In this document: positions 55,938 through 64,000 of the stretch, one piece after another
How positions within the stretch are numbered: position 1 is the first letter of the stretch
Layout: every line of letters starts with the position of its first letter
NCBI GenBank assembly: GCA_038040345.1
Contig: JBBPIQ010000009.1
Coordinates: 3,165 to 67,164 of the forward strand
DNA length: 64,000 nt
Source: Chloroflexota bacterium
GTDB taxonomy: Bacteria; Chloroflexota; Limnocylindria; P2-11E
Reading direction: 5' to 3'
The notes under the pieces: model-generated
What the model was told of the DNA's origin: nothing
Database searches by the model: none
Seen by the model: the letters and a program-made list of their open reading frames with translations, nothing else
Made by a program: the position numbers and the translations under genes

Positions 55938-56954
55938 TTGGATGGTGGGCGTGCTAGGGTCAGAACGCAAAGGTCTCAAGGCGCTCGCCCTGATAGCGGT
56001 AGGCTATGTGGCATCGAGCTCCACCAGCTCCGCTATTTCGTTGCCGTGGCCGAGGAGCGGCACTTCACCAAAGCCGCGCGCGGCCTGCGCGTCGCGCAGC
56101 CTTCGGTGTCCCGCGCGATCCGCGTGCTCGAAGAGGAGCTCGGCACTCCCCTGTTCCACCGCATGAAGGGCAACGTCGCGCTGACTCCGGCGGGCGAGAT
56201 CTTGCTGCCCTGGGCTCGTCGCGTCCTCGTCGACGTCGACGGCGCCACCGGAGAGGTCCGCGAGCTCGCCGATCTCCGGCGCGGACGGCTCGCTGTGGGC
56301 GCGACGCCGTCGCTCACCATCACGCTTCTCCCGCCGGCGCTCGCGAAGTTTCACGCGGCGTTCCCCGGTATCCACCTCGTCGTGCACGAAGCCGGATCGC
56401 GCGACCTCGTCGCGGAGCTCGAGCAGGGCGCTCTGGACGTCGCGCTCGTGATCATGCCGCTGCGCCATGAGGCGCTCGAAACCGCACCGCTGCTGCGCGA
56501 GGAGCTCGTCGTCGCCGTCCCGCACGACCATCCGCTCGCGTCGCGGAAGACGGTGCCGATCGCCGAGCTCAAGGGCGTGCCGCTCGTGATGTTCCGCGAC
56601 GGGTACGACCTGCGGGCGGCGACGGTCGCCGCGTGCCGGCGAGCCGGGTTCGATCCCATCTTCGCGCTCGAGGGCGGCGAGATGGACGGCGTGCTGCGTT
56701 TCGCGGCGGCAGGCCTCGGCGTTGCCGTCGTCCCGAGCCTGGTGATCGATCCAGCCGGACCGTTGCGTGCGGTCCGCCTCGCCGAGCCGCTGACGCGCAC
56801 CATCGGTTTCGCGAACCGCCGCGACCGCCACCTGTCGCGCGCGGGGCGCGAGTTCGTTGAGACAGTCCGCGGACTCGTGCGGGGGCGCGATTGGCTGCGC
56901 GCGCGGCCGCCGGGGCTGACCGTGCTCGACGCGAAAGGGATGAAGCCGTTCTAG
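55938..56954 (+). CDS. LysR-family transcriptional regulator, divergent from sdhCAB
   Basis: IELHQLRYFVAVAEERHFTKAARGLRVAQPSVSRAIRVLEEELG. The conserved N-terminus begins at ~56013. The only canonical in-frame start is the TTG at 55938, so the start is uncertain. Confidence 0.8.
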   Translation: MDGGRARVRTQRSQGARPDSGRLCGIELHQLRYFVAVAEERHFTKAARGLRVAQPSVSRAIRVLEEELGTPLFHRMKGNVALTPAGEILLPWARRVLVDVDGATGEVRELADLRRGRLAVGATPSLTITLLPPALAKFHAAFPGIHLVVHEAGSRDLVAELEQGALDVALVIMPLRHEALETAPLLREELVVAVPHDHPLASRKTVPIAELKGVPLVMFRDGYDLRAATVAACRRAGFDPIFALEGGEMDGVLRFAAAGLGVAVVPSLVIDPAGPLRAVRLAEPLTRTIGFANRRDRHLSRAGREFVETVRGLVRGRDWLRARPPGLTVLDAKGMKPF

Positions 56955-57064
56955 GCGGCTTGTTCGGGCAAGAGACACGCGATCCAAGCAGCCACTCGCT
57001 TCGTAAGGTCGATAGACTTCGCGCGCTCGCACACGCCGTCGCGATCTTCAGGGGGAGGTCCCAG

Positions 57065-58927
57065 TTGAGGCCAGCTTTCATTGCGGCCGCGGTACTCGCG
57101 ATCACGCTCGTCGCGCCCAGCTTCTCCGCAGCCCAGCCGGCGAACGTTCGGCTCACCAACGACAGTCCCACCGCGAGTGGTTACGTGAGTGCGTACACGA
57201 TCGCCACCGGCAACGCATACACCGACGACGTTCTCAAGGAGTGCAGCATCGCGCGCGGACGGCAGAACGAGCCCTCCGTCGCGGTCGACCCACGCAACAC
57301 GCAAGTCATCCTTGGCAGCTCGAACGACTACTGCGGTGTCTATCAGCCGTTTGGCGCCACGGTCCAGTCGGCCGTAGGCCCCATCTGGATGGGTTACTAC
57401 CGCTCTGAGAACCAGGGCGCGAGCTTCGTGAGCTCGCTCATTCCGGGCTATCCCGGGGACACCTCACCGTACGCGGCGAACGTGCATATCCGCACGGCAA
57501 GCTCCGGCGATCCCGTGATCGCCTGGGACAGCCACGGCCGCGCCTTTTTCGGATCCGAGAGCTCCGACGATCCCGCCGGAACGAAGAAGACCTTCGGCGA
57601 CGTGTGGGTCGCGGTGTTTGACAACCCGAACGGGCCGAACAGCACGATCCTCGCGGACGATGGAAAGCGCTTCGTCCGATCCGAGGTCGTCGCAAAAGGC
57701 ACGTCCGCCCCGAACCTCCTCGGCAAGTTCAACGACAAGACGGCAATCGAAGCCGACCGCAGCGGGTCGAGCTGCGACGGCAACGTGTACTTCGCGTATT
57801 CGCGGTTCACCGGCAACGGTGGCGTCGCGATCTACTTGTCGCGCTCGACCGACCACGGTGCGACATGGTCGTCACCCAAGAAGCTATCGAGTGCCAGTGA
57901 CGTCCAGTTCCCGGACATTTCCGTGACTGGAAACGGCCACGTGTACGTGACGTGGCGCACGTTCATGGCGAAGAAGCACGACGCCGACTCGATCCAGATC
58001 GCGAAGTCCACGGACTGCGGCGCAACCTTCGCGCCGCCGAACACGATCGGCACGTTCATCCCGAACGACGCGGTCGACCGGGCCGATCCGCAGCCGACGC
58101 CGACGCAGAGCGCCGCCGACGATCCGGTGTCCGCGGAAGGTGCGGTTGCATCCGGGTCACTGGCGCGCGACTGCGGTGACTTCGCGAACGCATGCCAGTC
58201 GGGCTACACGTTCTTCCGCCGCGACACACAAGTCCGCTCGACGGCAGATCAGAACGACAAAGTCCGCGAGACCATCTACCTCGTGTACGACGCGACCAAG
58301 GCTGGGACCGAGACCGCAACCGGCACCACCTACGGGACGAACGGGCCGGGTACCGCGGGCGTCGCGCGCACGTTCTTCTTCACGTACAACGGCGCGACCG
58401 GCGCGACCACGACCCCGGTGATGCTCGATGACCCGGCGACGGGCCACCAGGTCTTCCCGGACATCTCGGTCGATCAGGGCTTCGCCTACGCGATCTGGTG
58501 GGACAGCCGCAACGACGCGGCATATTCGGTGATGCGGCCGATCGGCAACATGGCGAACGGGACCGTCACCGCCTCGCTGGACGTGTACGCGCGACGCTCC
58601 GCGGACAGCGGCGCGACGTGGGGCACGACCGAGCCGCTCACAGACTTCACCTCGAATCCGAACTACGAACAGTTCTCGAACCGCACCGTTCCGTTCGCGG
58701 GCGACTACCTCTGGGTGAGCAACGTCGCCGGCTTCGCATACGCGACGTGGACGGACTGGCGGAACACGGTGGCCGGCACGGATCCGCGCGAACGGACCGC
58801 CGAAGACAACGACGGCGCGGACGTCGTGCAGTGCCGCACCGTCAGCAGCACAGGCGTATGGAGCGGGGACCTCTGCCCGCACGCGGGCGGCCTCGACCAG
58901 GACATCTACGGAGCCAACGTTCCCTAG
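57065..58927 (+). CDS. Secreted BNR/Asp-box repeat (sialidase-like beta-propeller) protein
   Basis: Signal peptide LRPAFIAAAVLAITLVAPSFSAAQP after a TTG start with a GGGGGAGG Shine-Dalgarno. Asp-boxes SRSTDHGATW, KSTDCGATF and SADSGATW. Confidence 0.7.
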   Translation: MRPAFIAAAVLAITLVAPSFSAAQPANVRLTNDSPTASGYVSAYTIATGNAYTDDVLKECSIARGRQNEPSVAVDPRNTQVILGSSNDYCGVYQPFGATVQSAVGPIWMGYYRSENQGASFVSSLIPGYPGDTSPYAANVHIRTASSGDPVIAWDSHGRAFFGSESSDDPAGTKKTFGDVWVAVFDNPNGPNSTILADDGKRFVRSEVVAKGTSAPNLLGKFNDKTAIEADRSGSSCDGNVYFAYSRFTGNGGVAIYLSRSTDHGATWSSPKKLSSASDVQFPDISVTGNGHVYVTWRTFMAKKHDADSIQIAKSTDCGATFAPPNTIGTFIPNDAVDRADPQPTPTQSAADDPVSAEGAVASGSLARDCGDFANACQSGYTFFRRDTQVRSTADQNDKVRETIYLVYDATKAGTETATGTTYGTNGPGTAGVARTFFFTYNGATGATTTPVMLDDPATGHQVFPDISVDQGFAYAIWWDSRNDAAYSVMRPIGNMANGTVTASLDVYARRSADSGATWGTTEPLTDFTSNPNYEQFSNRTVPFAGDYLWVSNVAGFAYATWTDWRNTVAGTDPRERTAEDNDGADVVQCRTVSSTGVWSGDLCPHAGGLDQDIYGANVP

Positions 58928-58949
58928 TAATCCCGACGCGATCGTCAAA

Positions 58950-58977
58950 GAGAGGGGCCGCGAAAGCGGCCCCTCTC
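58950..58977. terminator. Bidirectional intrinsic terminator hairpin between convergent genes (12-bp perfect stem, GAAA loop)
   Basis: gagaggggccgc-gaaa-gcggcccctctc followed by gttat. Confidence 0.7.
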
Positions 58978-58982
58978 GTTAT

Positions 58983-59375
58983 CTAGGCCGTCGGTGTAGG
59001 AAGCGGCGCGAAGAGATCGACGGCGTTGTCGTCGGGGTCGATGACCTGCGCGTAGCGCTGGCCCCAGAAGGCGTCGAATGGTTCCTTTTTCGAGCGAAAG
59101 CCCGCCGTGACCACGCGCGCGTGCGTCGCATCGACGTCGCCGGTCGAGGAGCACTGAAAGGCGAGGCCCATGCGGTGCCCCGCCGGTTCGGTCCAGTCGG
59201 GGTCGAGCTGCTGGATCAGCTCGAGCGTGTCCCACATGAGCGCGATGCCGCCGGGCAATGTGACGTCGAGATGGTCGCCGCTCGGGTCGGGCACGTCGAT
59301 GCCGAGCAGCCGGTAGAAGCGGACGGACTCCTTCATGTCCTTCGTGACGATGCCGATCGCGGCGAGAGCGGGCAC
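58983..59375 (-). CDS. VOC/glyoxalase-bleomycin resistance family protein
   Basis: 130 aa with a typical VOC beta-alpha-beta pattern (IGIVTKDMKESVRFY..LG, FWGQRYAQVIDPDDNAVDLF). Confidence 0.7.
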   Translation of the reverse strand: MPALAAIGIVTKDMKESVRFYRLLGIDVPDPSGDHLDVTLPGGIALMWDTLELIQQLDPDWTEPAGHRMGLAFQCSSTGDVDATHARVVTAGFRSKKEPFDAFWGQRYAQVIDPDDNAVDLFAPLPTPTA

Positions 59376-59384
59376 GATCGAAGC

Positions 59385-59558
59385 CTAGCTAGAGATGCCG
59401 TCGGCGAGCGCGTCATCCCAAGCGCTCAGATCGGGATCCGCCTTTGGTCCGGCGCGACGATAGGCAACGTCGGCAGCCTCGAATACCTGCTCGAGCCGGT
59501 AGCGCTCGGCGGCCTCGGCGAGAAGATCCGGGATCGGTCTGCGCTTCTGCTTCGCCAT
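59385..59558 (-). CDS. Possible 57-aa ORF (below the track cutoff)
   Basis: My own translation is MAKQKRRPIPDLLAEAAERYRLEQVFEAADVAYRRAGPKADPDLSAWDDALADGISS. No homology recognised. Confidence 0.2.
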   Translation of the reverse strand: MAKQKRRPIPDLLAEAAERYRLEQVFEAADVAYRRAGPKADPDLSAWDDALADGISS

Positions 59559-59572
59559 CTGCCTTCAGAAGC

Positions 59573-61072
59573 CTAGCTGAGCGTGAACACCTGGATCGCG
59601 TTCGCCTTGCCCTTCACGTGCGCTTCGCCGAGCGGCCGCAGGCCTATGCCGTCGTAACGGAGCCGCGAGGCCGTGTCGCTCGACACGATGGAGTCGACCT
59701 TGAACTCTTTCGTGAGCGTCTCCATCCGCGAGGCCGTGTTCACAGCGTCGCCGATCGCGTCGTACTGCGAGCGCTCGGGTAGACCGATCGCGCCGACGAC
59801 CACGTCACCGGTGTGCAAACCCATGCCGAACTGGACGACGACCTCGCCGCGCGCGGCTCGCTCGACGTTGAGCTCGCCGATGCTTCGGCGCATCGCGAGC
59901 GCGGCACGCGCCGCGGCGAGAGCGCCATTCGTCGGATCGCTCATCGCACCGAAGATGGCCATGACGCCGTCCCCGGTGAACTTGTCGAGGATGCCGCCGT
60001 TGTCGAGGACGGACCGCGCCATCGCGCGGAGGTAGGTGTTCACCGCGGCGATCGTCTGCTCGGGCGTGAGCCGCTCCGCGAGCGACGTCGAGTCGCGGAG
60101 ATCCGTGAACATGATCGTGACGGTCTGGCGCTCGCCTTCGAGCCGAAGCGGATCGCCTTGGATGACGCGCTCGACGACCGTCGCCGGAAGAAAGCGCTCG
60201 AGCCCGCGGCGCCGGTCGAGCTCGAGGACGAGCGCGCCCATCGCCAGAACGACCGCGCCGAGCATGAGCCCGTGGTACTCCCACCACGATGGCGTCCAGA
60301 TCGGCCCGAGGAACTGCGAGATCTGCGCTTGCGCGAGCAGGACATACGCGACGGCGAGCGCGCCCTGGAGCGGCAACCCCGTTCGAACGAAGTCGCGGCC
60401 CTGCGCGACGGCGGAGTAGCCGTAGAGCACGATGACCGCGGCGACGATCACGAAGGGCACCCAGCCCGAGCCGCCGGTGATGTCGCCGGTGGCAGAGGTG
60501 CCGTAGCCGTAAGCCGACGGCTGGTACCCCGCGGCGGCTCCCCCCGACGACAGGACCCAGCGCGCGATCCCGCCGAACTCGTTCGGCCATCCCAGTCCGA
60601 CGACGGCGTAGAGGCCGAGCAGCGCGACTACCGCGCTCGTGAGGATGCCCGGCCGCAGTCGCCGCTCGAGCCATGCCGCGAGTGAGGTGTACCGGACCGC
60701 GAAGAACACAGCGGCCACGGCGAGCGCGAGCTCCGCGGACACGCCGAGAACGAGCTGCGCCGGCGCCTCGCGGTCGCCCTGCTGCAGGACCCCGGGCGTA
60801 GAAAGGCCGTGCACCGCGAAGATCGCGGCCATACATGCAAAGCCGAGCGCGACGAGAAGTGCGCGGTAGTGGCCGACACCGAGCGCCGCGCGCGCGACGA
60901 GAAATGCCACGAGCGCCGCGACGACGGAAACGTTCGAGGTGATGACGAAGTGCTCGAGCCGAATGTCGATCGGCTGGTTGCGGGCTGGATCGCTGAGATA
61001 CCACGCGAGCAGGGCCGTGGGCAGGAGCGCCGCGACCATCACCGCGAGCGGCCGGACGGGCCACGCCCTCAC
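59573..61072 (-). CDS. Membrane-bound class III adenylate/guanylate cyclase
   Basis: About 8 TM helices followed by TIMFTDLRDSTSL, KFTGDGVMAIFG, and GLHTGDVVVGAIG. Confidence 0.8.
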   Translation of the reverse strand: MRAWPVRPLAVMVAALLPTALLAWYLSDPARNQPIDIRLEHFVITSNVSVVAALVAFLVARAALGVGHYRALLVALGFACMAAIFAVHGLSTPGVLQQGDREAPAQLVLGVSAELALAVAAVFFAVRYTSLAAWLERRLRPGILTSAVVALLGLYAVVGLGWPNEFGGIARWVLSSGGAAAGYQPSAYGYGTSATGDITGGSGWVPFVIVAAVIVLYGYSAVAQGRDFVRTGLPLQGALAVAYVLLAQAQISQFLGPIWTPSWWEYHGLMLGAVVLAMGALVLELDRRRGLERFLPATVVERVIQGDPLRLEGERQTVTIMFTDLRDSTSLAERLTPEQTIAAVNTYLRAMARSVLDNGGILDKFTGDGVMAIFGAMSDPTNGALAAARAALAMRRSIGELNVERAARGEVVVQFGMGLHTGDVVVGAIGLPERSQYDAIGDAVNTASRMETLTKEFKVDSIVSSDTASRLRYDGIGLRPLGEAHVKGKANAIQVFTLS

Positions 61073-61099
61073 GGCCGTGATGCTAGTAGCGCGGCGGGT

Positions 61100-61489
61100 T
61101 TAAGCGGCGGAACAGACGCGCGCGATCTTCGGGAGGAGGTCCGCGAGGTCGAATGGTTTTTCGATGATCTCAGCGGCGGAGAGCGCCTTGGCGTGGGTCG
61201 GAAGATCGCGTGCCGCGGAGAGAAGAACGAGCGGGATGTCCTCGTCGCGCGCGCGCAGCTCCTGCGCGAACTGCCATCCGTCCATCACCGGCATCATGAG
61301 ATCGAGCACGATCACATCGGGTCGGAACGTCTGGATGATCGCCAGCGCCTCCTGGCCGTTCCCAGCGGGAACGACCTCGAAGCCCTCGTCCTCTAACGCC
61401 GTGAACAGGAGCTCCCGGATGTCGGGATCGTCGTCCACGACCAGCACACGTTTCCCAGCCACTCGCGCCGTAGATTGCCACACGTTCAC
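61100..61489 (-). CDS. Single-domain response regulator (REC)
   Basis: KRVLVVDDDPDIRELL, VIVLDLMMPVMDG and EKPF. The start is uncertain (GTG around 61489), and the listed 61585 start adds non-REC sequence. Confidence 0.75.
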   Translation of the reverse strand: MNVWQSTARVAGKRVLVVDDDPDIRELLFTALEDEGFEVVPAGNGQEALAIIQTFRPDVIVLDLMMPVMDGWQFAQELRARDEDIPLVLLSAARDLPTHAKALSAAEIIEKPFDLADLLPKIARVCSAA

Positions 61490-61509
61490 GGGTCGGCGTT
61501 CAAGCGAGC

Positions 61510-62004
61510 CTAGTGCGAGCTGCGTAGTGAGAATGCGAAGACGGCCGGAATGAGTACGAAGCCGACCGCAAACAGTGCGACCCATAACAAAAGCGCGTCA
61601 AGGTGGCACGAGACTCCGGGTGCACAGCCTTCAAGGGACCGGGCGCGCTCGACGAGCAGTAGCGGCAGGCTTCCTGGAGACGCGACGACGGAAGCGGCCG
61701 CGAATGTCGTTGCGATCGTCGCGAATCCGCGTTCAATTCCCCCAGCGCGACGGTCGATGACACGCGCCTGCCACCTGGCCCATACGAGCGCGACAAGAGT
61801 TGTGACCGCCGCGAGCGCGAGAGAGAACGGAAACCGCTCGTCAAAGGGGCGGTCTACGAATCGTGGCAATGCGAGCTCGATCAGAGTTAAGGCGGCCCAG
61901 TAAGCCAACTTGATCGTGGTGATGCGACCGACGAGGAGCGCGAGGGTCTTGTGCCGAGGGAGCGGGCGCCGCTCACCCTCCCTCAGCGATAACTGGTCCA
62001 CCAC
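61510..62004 (-). CDS. Hypothetical membrane protein
   Basis: Four predicted hydrophobic helices. No motif recognised. Confidence 0.4.
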   Translation of the reverse strand: MVDQLSLREGERRPLPRHKTLALLVGRITTIKLAYWAALTLIELALPRFVDRPFDERFPFSLALAAVTTLVALVWARWQARVIDRRAGGIERGFATIATTFAAASVVASPGSLPLLLVERARSLEGCAPGVSCHLDALLLWVALFAVGFVLIPAVFAFSLRSSH

Positions 62005-62093
62005 TTCTGCAGGAAGTACATGGCGGCGATCAGGATGAACACGGTCACGAGGACCATGTAGAACTCGTTGGCTTCGCTGACCTCTGTGATCAC
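61983..62093 (-). CDS. 36-aa single-TM peptide translationally coupled to the cytochrome c gene
   Basis: The GTG overlaps the cytochrome c TGA (GTGA). The product is VITEVSEANEFYMVLVTVFILIAAMYFLQKWWTSYR, and the listed 125-aa ORF is mostly off-frame overlap. Confidence 0.45.
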   Translation of the reverse strand: MITEVSEANEFYMVLVTVFILIAAMYFLQKWWTSYR

Positions 62094-63211
62094 TTCAGGC
62101 TCTGAAGATACTCGATGATGGCGCGGATCTGCGCGTCGCTCAGGGAACCACCGGCGGCGGTTCCGAACGCGGGCATCACCACGCCGGGCTTGACTGAAGC
62201 CGGGTTCTGGATCCAGTGGAGCAGGTAATCGGCGTCTCCGCCGGCCTGCTTCGCCTTGTTCTCGTTGTTCAGAGGCCCCTGCGTACCGTAGTGGCCGAGG
62301 TTCGGTGCCGTCGGCAGCGCGCTCGGCGTGTTCGGGTCGAAGCTGTGGCAGCTCACGCACGCCGCCTGCGGGTTGCTCAAGGTGAGCTGCTTACCGAGGT
62401 CGATGCCCGAGAGCACTTGGGGCTTCGGCGGATTGGGCTCGAGCGGGAGATGCCCGTCCTCGGCGCCGGAGCTGTGCAGCCGGACGGTCACGACGTCGGC
62501 CCAGTCCTGATCGGTGCCGAACATGATGAAGTTCACGAGCTGCGCGACCTGCTCGTCGTTCAGCGATCCGCCCTCGTGGTCGCTCCAGGCCGGCATCGAG
62601 ATGCTCCCCGGAGGCTTCGCGCGGCCGCGCTCGATCGTGAGGGTGATGAGGTCCTCGGTCGCCTTGAGCTTCACCGGATCGTTTTTGATGTTGTCGTACT
62701 TGAACGCCGGCTTGTTCAACGGAAGCCCCGGCAGGTCCTGGCGGGTCGGGTCGGTGCTGCCGAGTCCGGTCTTGCCGTGGCAGTCGAAGCAGAAGTTCGC
62801 GTAGAGGTTGCGGCCGCGCTCGATCGACTTCTCGAGCTGCTGCTCCGTGGCGACCTTGTCGCGCCACCGCTCGCTGCTCGCGTCCGCGCGGACGACGAAG
62901 ATCGTGAAGAAGTAGCCGCCGACAAGCGCGAAGACCGCGAAGAGCATTCCGGCGCCGACGAGAATTTTCCGGTCGAGGTTCGCGCTGATCTCGAGCGGGT
63001 CCGGTGCCGCCGGGATCGGCGCGACGTAGTACGGCGTCGGCTGCTCGATCGTCTCGCCGGCCGCGTAGTGCTGCTCGATGAGCTCGGCCCCGGTCTTCTC
63101 CTTGGGCTCCATCGACTGCTGGTGGAAGATCAGGTAGCCGAAGAACGCGAGGAACCCGACGAACATGAGGATGCTGACCGCGGCGAGGACGAAGTTGAGG
63201 TCGAGCTGCAT
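62090..63211 (-). CDS. Membrane-anchored diheme cytochrome c of a bc-type complex
   Basis: Two CxxCH motifs (CFDCHG, CVSCHS), two N-terminal TM helices, and Met ligand contexts (SMPAW, VMPAF). Confidence 0.8.
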   Translation of the reverse strand: MQLDLNFVLAAVSILMFVGFLAFFGYLIFHQQSMEPKEKTGAELIEQHYAAGETIEQPTPYYVAPIPAAPDPLEISANLDRKILVGAGMLFAVFALVGGYFFTIFVVRADASSERWRDKVATEQQLEKSIERGRNLYANFCFDCHGKTGLGSTDPTRQDLPGLPLNKPAFKYDNIKNDPVKLKATEDLITLTIERGRAKPPGSISMPAWSDHEGGSLNDEQVAQLVNFIMFGTDQDWADVVTVRLHSSGAEDGHLPLEPNPPKPQVLSGIDLGKQLTLSNPQAACVSCHSFDPNTPSALPTAPNLGHYGTQGPLNNENKAKQAGGDADYLLHWIQNPASVKPGVVMPAFGTAAGGSLSDAQIRAIIEYLQSLK

Positions 63212-63756
63212 TACTCGGTGATCTCCAGGACTTTCGAGTCCCAGACGTTCGCCTGGCGGTCGATCACGTTAAGCGGGTTGGTGTCGACGACGAGCGTGCC
63301 GCTCGCATCCGCGACGATGTGGAAGAGCTGCAGCGGCTTGGGCGCCGGCCCGCCCTTTACAACCGCGGTGTGCTTGTCATAGAGCGAGCCGTGGCAAGGG
63401 CAGTGGAACTGGTCCTCAGCCGCGTTCCACGGAACGCTGCACCCGAGATGCGTGCACTTTCGGTACGCGGCGACTATGCCGCCCGGTGGATGAATGAGGA
63501 AGAACTTCCCCTCGAGGTTGAGGATCGGCACGTCGTTCGTTGTCTTGAACGTGGCCAGGACGCTGTCCTTCGTGCCCACCGCGATCTTTGCCCCGAGGCC
63601 GAGGATCTTGTTCGGCTTGTAGAAGGGGACCACCAGGGCGGTGATCTCGGTCACCGCGAGGAGCGTGCCTGCGAGAAATCCGAGCCGGAACAGATGCCGG
63701 CGCTTGATGCGGCCGATGAGCCCCAGCGGGGTCGAGTCAGTGTGCGGCCGGATCAC
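63211..63756 (-). CDS. Rieske 2Fe-2S subunit of a bc-type complex
   Basis: CTHLGCSV and CPCHGSLY. The GTG at 63756 overlaps the cytochrome b TGA (GTGA). Confidence 0.85.
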   Translation of the reverse strand: MIRPHTDSTPLGLIGRIKRRHLFRLGFLAGTLLAVTEITALVVPFYKPNKILGLGAKIAVGTKDSVLATFKTTNDVPILNLEGKFFLIHPPGGIVAAYRKCTHLGCSVPWNAAEDQFHCPCHGSLYDKHTAVVKGGPAPKPLQLFHIVADASGTLVVDTNPLNVIDRQANVWDSKVLEITE

Positions 63757-64000
63757 GACGACGGCTCGAAGCACTGATGCGTCGCCGGGACTGCCCACGG
63801 CGCGAAGAGATCCATCCCGGGCCCGCGCATGGAGGTACCCACGACGACAAGGACCAGATAGACGGCGACGAATCCGGTGTAGACCGCGATCATCCACTCA
63901 CGCGTGTTCGCGCCCCAGAGCCGTTTCACGAGGAACACGAGCAGGAACGTGAGGCCCAGCATGGTCGCGGTCGGGATCACGTAGTTCGGCAGCAGCTGCT
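63753..64000 (-). CDS. Cytochrome b (C-terminal, subunit-IV-like part); 5' end outside the window
   Basis: The frame stays open to the window edge. It has hydrophobic helices and sits upstream of the Rieske gene. Confidence 0.6.
   Translation of the reverse strand, partial: QLLPNYVIPTATMLGLTFLLVFLVKRLWGANTREWMIAVYTGFVAVYLVLVVVGTSMRGPGMDLFAPWAVPATHQCFEPSS

Noticed and set aside
56641-56660. tRNA-like T-arm sequence CCGGGTTCGATCCC
   Set aside because: The flanking bases cannot form the T-stem (CCATC instead of CCCGG). No acceptor or anticodon arms are present, and it lies inside the LysR coding frame.

Overview
High-GC (visibly about 65-70%) bacterial chromosome segment with no rRNA, tRNA or CRISPR array that I can support. 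It splits into two parts. (A) Bases 1 to ~24,900 are an accessory, mostly minus-strand region with lower GC in places. It holds a defence island: an AIPR-like Abi fragment, two MutH/Sau3AI-fold paralogs flanking a 1126-aa RecB-like nuclease/SF1 helicase, an HNH-like orphan, a tightly coupled seven-gene Dcm-Vsr-nuclease-PLD/helicase-small ORF-DndD-like ATPase-small protein operon, and a zinc-ribbon Shedu-like nuclease. This island is fused to a Gram-positive-type conjugative T4SS module (VirB2-like pilin, VirB6-like, PrgI-like, VirB4, CHAP hydrolase, coupling protein, replication-relaxation protein). (B) From ~25,000 to 64,000 is ordinary core-like content: aconitase, a sugar-acid style SDR/SDR/FAH/Ldh_2 cluster, MNT/HepT toxin-antitoxin genes, transporters, two tandem histidine kinases plus a decayed third copy, a GAF/HD-GYP/GGDEF protein, sdhCAB with a divergent LysR, a BNR protein, a class III cyclase and part of a Rieske/cytochrome b/diheme c operon. 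The main candidate for a new system is the seven-gene m5C-methyltransferase-linked operon at 7808-15292. The second is a 168-bp codon-phase-preserving inverted segment bounded by 12-bp perfect inverted repeats inside one MutH-like paralog (6167-6358). All family assignments rest on motif recognition by eye and memory, and no searches were run.
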